From assembly GCA_027604505.1 (NCBI GenBank), contig JADIIX010000016.1, positions 1-64,000 of the forward strand: a stretch of 64,000 nt of DNA, in the 5' to 3' direction. Below are positions 39,191 through 49,778 of the stretch, one piece after another. The notes under the pieces were generated by a model. The model was not told the origin of the DNA. It saw nothing but the letters and a program-made list of their open reading frames with translations, and searched no databases. The position numbers were made by a program, and so were the translations under genes. Numbering within the stretch: position 1 is the first letter of the stretch; the number at the start of each line of letters is the position of its first letter. This DNA is from Gonapodya sp. JEL0774. Its lineage: Eukaryota.

Positions 39191-42100
39191 TTACAGCAAC
39201 ATCACAAACGGATTCTCCATGTACTTCTTAAAAGCGTTCAACCATTGCGCGGCTACAGCTCCATCAACGACCTGCGAGCAACGTGAAGCAACCATTCTAT
39301 TAATGCACTCAAAATCACGACAATCAAGAGCTCACCCTGTGATCCGAACTCAACGTTACGTTCATACTGGACACTGTCACGAAACCCTTGGGCGCCGACT
39401 CGTTTGCCACAAGCTTTTGCTTACTCGCGCCGATTGCTAGAATTGCGGATTGGGGTGGGTTGATAATTGCTGTGAATTGCTCCACACCATACATTCCCAA
39501 GTTAGAAATGGTGAAGGTTCCACCCTGTAAATAAAATTTGTGAAGTTAAATTTGAATGTCTGGAACCAACACACCGCCCCCCGGCCGGCGCGGGGGGGGG
39601 GGGGGGGCGGGGGCGCCGGGGCGGCGGGCGGGGAGCGGGGGAGGGGGGAGGTGGGGGGGGGGGGGNNNNNNNNNNAATTTTGTATTTTCCACACTGTAAA
39701 TAAAATTTTTTTATTTAAATTTTTATTTTTTGAACAAACACACCGCCCCCCGAAACCCCCCTCCCCCCCCCCCCCCCCCCAAAAAAAAAAAAAAGTTCTT
39801 GGGGCCTTATTCAGAAAGCAGATCGTAAATCGCACCTGGAATTCATCCGGCTTGAGCTTGTTAGCTTTTGCCCGTCCTGCCAATTCTTTCACGGTATTGG
39901 AGATGCTTCCCAGACCCTTCACGTCAGCTCCCTTCACAATGGGAGTGATTAAACCAGACTCAGTGGCAACAGCTACTGAAATGTCAACATTGGTGAACCT
40001 TGGGATGGACAGTGGTGCGTGACCGGAATTAAAAGATGCTTTTGGGTATCTTCCATTACACTCAACGATTTCTAATACTCACTGGCGGATAAAGTCCCCC
40101 ATCCACGCTGAGTTGACGGCTGGCACATCCTTCAAAGCCAAGGCACTGGCTTTGATAATGAAGTCGTTGACGGACAACTTGTACTTGCCCACGGCTTGTG
40201 CGTTCAAAGTTTCCCGCAGCCTGAATACGCATGGTGTTAAGATGTCTTAAGAAATACACACAAGGCAACATCGCAGATTTAGGGTTACTCACTGGTTGAC
40301 TTTGTCCATTTCAACTTCCATGGTAACATAGTAGTGCGGCAATTCTGACTTCGACTGACTCAGACGTTGAGCGATAATCTTGCGGACTTGGCTCAAAGGA
40401 ATGTCAACGAACACGGCTCCCGAATGAGGAGCAGCAGGGGAGGCTGCGATAGGCGCAGCCCTCGGTACTGTCGAGGTCGGGGCAGGTACAGGGGTGGCTG
40501 AGTCATCGAGTCATTGCATGGACCAACAGAGAGGAATAAGGCTCACACGCACGAGATAACATTCGCATTCTGACACACCTGCGGGTTTTGGCACGAAAGT
40601 CTCAACGTCTGACTTTAAGATCCTCCCATTTGGCCCGGTTCCAGCAATCTGCGCCAAGTCAATACCCCTCTCCGCAGCAATCTTCTTCGCCACCGGACTG
40701 ACAAGCAGACGGCCACCATTGGGCACGGATACAGAATGAGCAACCGGCGCAGACACAGCGACGGTTGTAGAAGTGGCGGATGGCGAGGGGGTTGATGTCG
40801 AGGTCGACGGGGCGGGAGCCGGTGCTGGAGCCGGTGCACTAGCAGCCTCGCTAGTGTAATTCGCGAAATTTGGGAGGTCATCTTTATCAGTTATGAGGAT
40901 AGCGAGCGGCTGCACAATGATAATGGTGAGACAACTCGGAGCAGCACATAGTTATTCCGAGCCTGCATACCGTGCCGACCAAGACATCTTTGGTCCCATC
41001 AGAAATCAAGATCTTGGCCAAGTAGCCTTCGTCTTGACATTCGAAATCCATCTGTGCTTTGTCCGTTTCAATTTCCACCAGGACGTCCCCAGGGGCAATG
41101 GCGTCCCCTTCCTTCTTCTTCCATTGGCCAATGTTGCCTGAGGATGGATACAGCGCATGGATAGTTCAGAGGTTGAAACCCTTTTGGACGGTTTCGCAGG
41201 AAAACGACTGACCTTGGCTCATGGTCGGCGAAAGGGCTGGAAGACCGATGACAGTGTGAGGAGGGAAACTAGATTTGACAGGTGCTGCAGATACTGCGGG
41301 GTTTGTAGGTTGCGCTGGTGCAGCGGGCGCTGTGGGGGTGGGTGGCGGGGGCGCTGCTGCAGCGCCCGCTTCGTAATTGGCAAAGGCTGCAATGCTGCTT
41401 TCTTCTTCGACGACAACGCAAAGAGGCTAGCCAGGCGTTGTGTAATAATCAGCGAACAGGAGCGGCATCGATGAGCGGTTGATGCGAATGCTTACTTACT
41501 TTCCCAACCGGGACATCTTTTGCGCCTGAAGGGATGATAATCGCCGCGAGGTAACCGTCATCGGGAGCTTCAAGTTCCATCTAGAGCAATTCAGAATTTT
41601 GATACAAATTGGAAAAGGGGGATACGGTGATACCTGCGAAAGTGCGTTGGAGAAAGCTCAACTTTCAGCAAGAACACACCTGCGCCTTGTCTGTTTCGAT
41701 TTCAACAAGCACATCGCCCGTGGTAATCTTGTCACCAACACTTTTTTGCCAGTTTCCGACGTTTCCTATAATTTTTTGAAATTGATTATGAAGGAACAGA
41801 CACGCGTTAGAACTCTACCTTCTTTCACACTCTAAAACACGAAAGCCCACATACCCTGCGCCATAGTCGGGCTCATTGCCGGCAAATCAATGACTTTGTG
41901 TGGAGGAAGAGCTGGAATTTGTAGTTGGCATCCATCCAGAGGTTTGATGGGTACACAGCGAGTTCACAATTGAAGTTCACACCACTCACAGGCATAACCC
42001 CGTCGTGCTGAGAGGACCGCTGTTTTCTGAGCCCGCGAAAACGCTAATTGAGAAGCGTGGACAGGGTAATTTACGCCTGTTTTGTTCCTAAACGGACGCA

Positions 42101-42281
42101 TTGTCGAGAAAGGCGGCGAAAATGTTCAGACCAAGACAGTCTCTCACACAACAGGCAAACGAGACTGCGAGGCGGAAACAGGAGCGTTTGCATTGAGGAC
42201 AGAGAAGTGTCTTGCAGCGACGCGAGAGACAGCAGCGCGAGGCAAATTAATTGCGGCTGCGTTGGAAGCGAGAGATAGCAT
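39191..42281 (-). CDS. LAT1: Pyruvate dehydrogenase E2 (dihydrolipoamide acetyltransferase), two lipoyl domains
   Basis: Two P(A)xSPTM..G...EIETDKA domains, E3-binding [23 protein letters not shown], and catalytic DHRVVDGA. Confidence 0.97.
39576..39793. other. Assembly gap (10 N at 39666-39675) with low-quality G/C homopolymer flanks inside a LAT1 intron
   Basis: N run, poly-G and poly-C tracts, and a noisy duplicated flank. Confidence 0.95.
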
Positions 42282-42777
42282 TCTGTAAGGGTGCCGGGGA
42301 TTGGGGAGTGGCAGGGGCGCGCGGGAACGGAGGGAAAGCTAGCACAGGTATTGAATTAGGAAATGTGAAGTTTGAGTGGTTTTCCAAGAAGTAATCGGCG
42401 AGGGATCAGACAAGGATCAGAAAGGGGCCGGGACGATTGGGTGTCTGTCGGTGAGTTTCTTGTTTGCATGCCCAAAGTACTTCCGTTGACCCTGTGGTAA
42501 CAAATCCGATCAAGTGTGGCACTTTTACTTGGGTATAATAGGTTAGTAATGCTCTGAGACTTCGAATTCATTGGCCATATTCAATTATATAGAATCACAG
42601 ACACAACCACGACTCTCTCATGGCATCAAACAAGGTTGGCAACACGTTCTCGGAGTCTCTTGGGGTCTCGAGAGAAATCCAAACATTAATAAATGTAATT
42701 TCTTTGAGCTGGATGGGGGGGGCCAACTGCACTGGTATGTGCCCAACTGACACCCACTCAGACATAAGTATCTCCCC

Positions 42778-43618
42778 ATGAAACCGAGAATTCTCCTTGT
42801 GATCCTGCTCCTCCTTCCTTTAATCCGTGCTGAACGGACCCTCGACCTCTTTGTCCGCCCCGAGTCATCCACCTCTCTCGTCCACCGTGGCTCCGTTCTC
42901 CTGACAGGTCTCGAACCCAGCAACCGCGCAGCCGCACGCTTCGAAGAGGCCTCTAAAGATGTCGAGCAGCCCACAAGTGGGCTTATTGTGGCGGTTTTGA
43001 AGGACGAGGAAACTGGAGAGGAGTGGACGTCGAGAGTCAAAGCTGTGAGTGTGTCAGCTCAATCAGCAGCCTCGTTTCATCAATGACTTCATCATTCAAT
43101 TGCACGATTCTCTACTTGAAATGGGGGTCAAACCGCCTCATTTTCATCGATCCATCGACGACCCTCAGTGCGCTACCACAAAGCCCGAACAGGCTGTCAT
43201 CCACATCGACAGCGAAGGCCAAGTTTACCACTTTGATTTCTACCTTGAGTGTAAGGCAAAGTCCTCGAAGGTAGGAACTCTTCCTTGCCCAAGGGACTGC
43301 ACGTGGCATTCCGGTGTGTTCACCACAACGAACTCCCGCACTGGGATTCCGCAGGTCCGCACCAACTTTACGGTTCTTCGTCCTGCTGAAGGTGCTCGAC
43401 CCCGCTATCATCGCCTGGAGGAGGTAGAAAAGGAAGAGGAGAAAAAGAAAGCTGAAAAGGAGGGCACCTTCTTTCAGAAGTACTGGATTTACATCGTGCC
43501 AATGGTCGTGTTGTTGCTCGTGTCCGGTGGTGGAGATGAGCAACCAGCTGGCGCGGGCGGCGGTAGACCGGCAGGAGGTGGGGGTGGAGGAGGAGGAGGT
43601 GGTGGGGCTCGCCGATGA
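42778..43618 (+). CDS. EMC10: ER membrane protein complex subunit 10
   Basis: Signal peptide, then EGTFFQKYWIYIVPMVVLLLV transmembrane motif and a Gly-rich tail. Two introns. Confidence 0.85.
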
Positions 43619-43849
43619 CCGTTCACTTGAGATATCACTCTCGCCCTATTGGAGCCTACGTTGCATGAATTGTACAGATACAGTAATTGCATGGTACAGT
43701 CGGCTGAGCTTCACGCTGCCTACACGGTTATCAATAGTTTTTCAATATGGAGCATGTGAGGTAATGGAGGCATGCCGGCGCTCGCTGATTCCCGTCAGGA
43801 TTGTGAGGTGGTTCTCAATTTAGTTCATGTCATGACAGGAGGCGAGCAC

Positions 43850-45690
43850 TCATTCCGATCGCCGCGCACGCTTCTTCTTTCCAGCCGTCGTTGTCAAGCT
43901 GGACATAGCAGCTTTGGGCACTTTCCAGAACCCAAAGGTGTAATTTGTCCGAATGACCAAGAGGTCCAGAGCCATCTGGATTGAATCCTGGGCGAGAGAC
44001 ATTTTGGAGCCCTTTGGCGATGGGACGGTCGAAAAACAAACACAAGGGTGAGCAAGTGAGAACCCCCGGTCCATCAAAATCAGCCATCATGGTGACGCCC
44101 TACGCACTGGAACTTCGTGCCAACTGATAGCGACTTCTTTCACCTGTATCCCCAGATATTCCGCCATCATGATCAATTCCACATCGAAGATCCATCCTTC
44201 AACATGCACCGAAGGGAATATTTCCTTGGCGGCAGCACGGGTGAAGAGCTTGAATCCACATTGGGTGTCGGCGATGTGGGAAATTCCAAGGATTTTGAGA
44301 TACGTGTGAAAGCAGTACATGAGAAGATTTCGAAGGAAGGAGCGCTGGGGTTGGGGTGGGGGTTGGAAGGGATGACGGGGCACATGGGTCCGCCAAGATA
44401 TGTGGAATGGTTGTGGAATGTCATTTCAATGTGGGACAATGAACCCAGAACATTCACAGCAACCATAACAACCCACCTTGACCACCACATCTGTTTTCAC
44501 TAGGTGTGCTCTCGACCCAACGGTCACCGCCCTCCCCCGCGGATCAGACTCGGCAGCGTCCCGCGCAGCGGACAAGAGCAGTTCGAGGTCCTCAAAGCGG
44601 GCAGCGTCGTCGGCGTCGGCAAACATAATGTAGGAGCCCCGGGAGTGTAGGAATCCCTGATGTGGTGGGGGGGTGGGGTGGAGGGGACAAACGGGTTCGG
44701 GGAATGGGGTGGAGGATTGTGAATCAAAAACAGAAATGCAAAACCGGGGCCAAGAAAAACACGGAAGACAAGGACCAAGGCCAACGTGGAACAAGTGACC
44801 TCACTAAGCGCTTGATTCGCAACATATTCTTTCCCGCCAATCTCGTGAGATAGGTAACTCCTTAATGTGGACATAACCATCACCCCCTGCTCACCCACTC
44901 CTCAAGCCCCAATAGCACCCTTGGCTCATCTTGCGCACATGCTCCCACTCACCTGCATAACGGCCCCTCCCTTGCCCCGATTCCTCTCAAACGTGAGCAC
45001 TCGAATGTGGGGTGAATTCAGCTTCGCGGCAACTTGGAGCGTGCAAGCTGACGTTTCATCCCGACTGCCATCGTCCACGACCAAGATTTCGTACGAGGTG
45101 ATGGGGACAAGGTTGGGTGCTGGTGTCGGTCCAGATACGTGGCCGTTTGCGCTGCCGCTCCCGTTCGATCGTACGCTCGTTCCAACAGATGCGGAGGTTT
45201 TTCCGGCTAAGGATGTGGATTGCTTCACGCGCGCCTCCAGGTAGCGGTGCATGTGCTCGAGCGTTGCGGGAAGTCTCTGCTCCTCATTGTAAGAGGGCAC
45301 CACGACAGAGAGTGTGACTTCCGCCGGGTCTTTACGGACATCTGTGAGGGGTTTTCGTCGCCATGCGGCTTGGGGGAGGAGGGTGATGCGATCGGGGGAG
45401 GGAATGGTGGAGGTTGGCGGTACATTGTCGGCGGATTCCTCCCCCGACTTTGACCTGGTCTGTCGTCGGCGGGTGGGTTTTGTCGCCGAGTCGACTGATG
45501 ATGACGAGCGGGTGTTTGTAAGGGCTTCCAGCGCGTCCGGTCCTGGTAATGCGGAGTCCAAGTCTGCAAACGTGAGCTCCGACGGTAGGGGCTCGCGGGG
45601 GTCTTTTGAGAGCACGGCACGAAGAATGGAAAAGGAGACGAGTGCGAAGACAAGGAGGGACACAAGGATCAGAGCGATTTCGGACGGCAT
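43850..45690 (-). CDS. ALG5: Dolichyl-phosphate beta-glucosyltransferase
   Basis: [72 protein letters not shown]. Confidence 0.95.
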
Positions 45691-47459
45691 CGATTAAATT
45701 TGGATGCTCGCTGGCATTGTGGGCATTCAGCCCATGCCACGGGGGAAGAGGGTGCCCCCTCATATGTTGGTTGGAAGGAGGGTCCCTTCTCCACATTTCC
45801 TGGACCAGAACGATCATATAAATTCAAATTGCCACAGGATCTCCCCATCACTGCTTCTGCGGTAATTCAAAAGTCACGAAAATGCCGTTTCCGCGCTCCC
45901 CTTGCCACTCCGATCGTCTTTCGATCTCTTTCCCTTGCTCACACCATCAAATTCCCCTGTAGTGTTCGCTGCACTACGTTACTGCGGAATCGCGGAATGC
46001 GACTGGGGTTTCCGTCACTCAAATATATATATCAATGAAATCTACCAGCTGATTCTTTTTGATGCAATCGGGAAGGTCTCCTGCGTTGTAAAGATTCAAC
46101 TTGCCCAGCTGTTGCAAATCACGGAAAGTTGCAAGGAGTCAAGGCAACAGAATTGCATTTGCAGCAATGAAGTCTACATGAAGTCTACATCTGCTGACTC
46201 TGCGCTCACTTTTGAAAGTGTCAAATCCACAGTGAGCACGCAAATGAAAATGTTGGTCGTTTGTCTATGATCCCAGACTTGACCGGTCAATTCAACGAAC
46301 GCATTTTGTGCTTTTCACTGCAGTAACTTTCCACTCACCCTCCCACCATTTCAAAGCTTCCTTAGAAAGAGGATGTGTGTACATGCCGCACGCGATACAA
46401 GGGAAGCGCAAACGGAAAAGGGAAGCACATACTCTGTGAAAGTTCGTATCACGTTGATTATGAGTGGTTACTTCATCGCACTCGATGTGGTGATTCAACT
46501 CCACTGCGTATGGATAAAATCGTTCATCCGGCAGACCTCTTTGTTTGGAACATGCGATAGAGGTCTGCAGAGAATTCACATGGAGGCCGCGGAACACCAA
46601 AATTCAAATGTAGCCATTCAATACACTACGGCATGTACTGATGGTGTCCTACACGCTATCAGAGCACTCCTTGACTCTGTGTATTTGTGCTACTCGCAGA
46701 TTCATCGCCGTTGTGGATGGAGCTGTAAATGATTTGGCGTTTGTTCGAGACGGATATGTATCATGGCCACCTTTTGCGTACTGGCTAATAGCCACCAGTG
46801 GCACCCAGCCCGCATTCCCGAATGTCCTTGGGCTTGTAACGTAAATTAACGTCATTGATACTTTTTATGCATGAGCTTTTACCCAGATCAGTCCCTGCAA
46901 AATACCTCGTGTCGCGCAAGAGAATTCCGCTTCTCACACCGCAAGTTGCCCGCGCTTACCTCCAAGTGGCTTTGATTCCATCACGTCAGAGTCACGACGC
47001 AGTACCCTCACTATTTGTAACCTCCTTGCGTCGTGAACATGACAATGGACTATCTGGCACACTTGCGCGTTTCCCGTTCTCAATGCACAGTACTCACAAC
47101 CAAGGTTGCTTTGCAGATAATATTTATCATGTCTGTAATGACTTGTGAGCAAAACACCGTCTGGGGTCAGTCTTGTCTACCAGAAATGTGGCGCGCGGGA
47201 GTGTGCACAACCTCCGTCCTCCACCACAGAGACATTCATCCATCGATCGAGTCCCGTTCACGTCCACCCCCACACCGGTTGGTTTTCTGATTTGAAGCAC
47301 TGGGCGAATCTGCGGATCTGGACAGAGGACTCATTCACGTTCCCCTGACCGTCTGTCCCCTACTTCCTTCGTACTGCCCCACTCGGACTCGCATTCCTCC
47401 CTTTCCCACTCTTTGTTTCCGCCCATTCACGTTGTTGAAACTCTGTTCCAGTTCCAGCC

Positions 47460-48978
47460 ATGGCCGTAAGTCTTCCCTCTTGCTGTACCACCTATCCTGG
47501 TGGTGGTCTGACACCCCCTTGTCCTCCAATCCTCTCTAGAGAGGACCAAAGAAGCACTTGAAGCGTCTTGCAGCACCCAAGCACTGGATGCTTGACAAGC
47601 TCACTGGTACATGGGCACCTAGGCCGAGGTGAGAATTCGGCGCTGGTGGAGAAGAAGCTGGAGGAAGATTGGGAGGACAGGGAGGACTTGGAGGATACGA
47701 GTCCGAGACAGGAGGGCTGATGGAGGACACCTCGCCCCGATTCAGTCACAGAGTGGTGATTCGGAGGTTTAACCAGCAAATCGATGGAACACATCCGGGA
47801 TTCTGGTCCGACGAAGACTGCACTCTCCACCGTGGGCATCTGGCACCAAGTCGTGACCCTTTGTTTTCACCCTACCCCCACCCAGCACCGGTCCTCACAA
47901 GCTCCGCGAATCTCTCCCCCTCATGGTTTTCCTCCGTAACCGTCTCAAGTACGCTCTTACTGGCCGTGAGGTGACTCAGATTACCATGCAAAGGCTCGTC
48001 AAGGTGGACGGAAAGGTCCGCACTGACCAAACTTACCCCGCCGGTTTCATGGGTGAGTTGACTTGGGTGTCAGTGAGGTCTGAGGTGGCCTTCGTAGCAG
48101 TGTGATGTGTTCTTGTGGGATGCGAGTCTCTAAGCACAACTGTGGTGCGGGGCGGTAAAATCACTTTCGACGATTCTCATGTTTCTACCCAATCCCACAA
48201 AGACGTCATCACCATCGAGCGCACTGGTGAGAACTTCCGTCTCCTTTACGACACCAAGGGTCGGTTTGTCATCCACCGCATCACCGCTGACGAGGCCAAG
48301 GTGAGCCAGGAACGACAGCCCGAGCTTCAAAACAATGAAATGGATCATGTCTCAATCTCAATCTCCATGTTTGGTCACTTATTGATCTTTAGTACAAGCT
48401 CGGCAAGGTGAAACGCGTCGAGCTCGGATCGAAGAAGTGAGTCGGTCACTCCGGTGCGCTCCACCTTGAATACAAAATCCTAACTCTTTATTCCCCCCGC
48501 ACTCCAGCATCCCCTACCTCGTCACGCACGACGGCCGCACCATCCGCTACCCTGACCCTGACATCAAGGTCAACGACACCGTCAAAATCGACCTCGCGAC
48601 TGGCAAAATCCTCGACTTTGTCAAATTCGAGCCCGGTCAAATGGTGTACATCACCGGCGGCCGTAACCAGGGCCGTATCGGTACCATTGTCAGCAGGGAG
48701 AGGCACCACGGAGGGTTTGACATTTGCCACATCAAGGACTCGCGAGACCACGCGTTTGCGACCCGGATTGGCAACGTGTTTGTGATTGGAAAGACGAAGG
48801 AGCTGATTAGCTTGCCCAAGGGTCAGTGTGCTGGAAGTGTGGTCATTCTTGACCCGCCTCCCGGGTCAATGAGTTTGCCTCACACTCGTTCTTCCTCCCC
48901 TTTACAGGCAAGGGTGTCAAGCTCAGCATCACCGAGGAGCGCGACCAGAGGCGCCAGAAGGCTGGCCTTGCGGTCTAA
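47460..48978 (+). CDS. RPS4: 40S ribosomal protein S4 (eS4), 7 exons
   Basis: [62 protein letters not shown]. Confidence 0.98.
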
Positions 48979-49778
48979 ATTGTGTGTTGTCGTTTTGGGC
49001 TGTGGTTGCGGTTGTGATGGTGATTGTGTTGTGGGGGGGTTTGAGGTATGGCTGGTGTACTACTGGTGACGTAGCTAGCCAAATTGCACATAAGATTTAC
49101 AAATTGGCGGGCTGGAGTAAGCGGAGATGAGCGCCCCGGAGAGGATCATGTAAGCCTTCTTCATCTGAAATGGCTTTCCCGTTCTTCGCAGAAACCGCCG
49201 GGAGTCGTTCGTGGTTCCACGTATTCGAACTTCTCAACCAGGAGTGCCGGCGGGACCAATTTTAGGTCCCGCTCTGGATTCACAACTCTGTCAGTGGCAT
49301 CCTGATTCGCATAGAGCAGGCAGAAAGTCCACTCTTTAGACGATCACGCTTGAGCTGTACGTTTTTTTTAGTGCGAAGTATCACATACGCCAGTTCCATG
49401 GTACTATTTCGGGGTGCGCGTCAAGTCGCCAACAGCCATCTTCCACCAATTTTTCAATCCCTAGACACTGCCGCCATCCAGGTAAAATACATAGGCGAAT
49501 GCACATTGCACCCAGTGCATTAAGCTCCTCTGGCGCCGGGCTCTGAGGGCCGACTGTGATCCGCGGTAGGGACCTTTAAGAATTACAGAACGGCATGGAA
49601 CCCTTATGAGTACAAAGCAGCGTCATATTTTGGCTGTGCATGTTACAGGGTCTAGGAAACTAGAAGTGTGTGCCCAACAGCTGCCCTTGCTCCAGATCCC
49701 GCATTCTCAAGAAACATCCTCTGATTTGAGCTCATATCACAGTATCGAAGCTCGAACGAGCTTAGCTCCTTCGCTACG

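Noticed and set aside
43545..43610. G-rich tract as a repeat or G-quadruplex element
   Set aside because: It is explained by the poly-Gly tail of EMC10.
49320..49335. GAAAGTCC motif resembling RNase P/MRP CR-I
   Set aside because: I found no complementary CR-V/P4 partner downstream.
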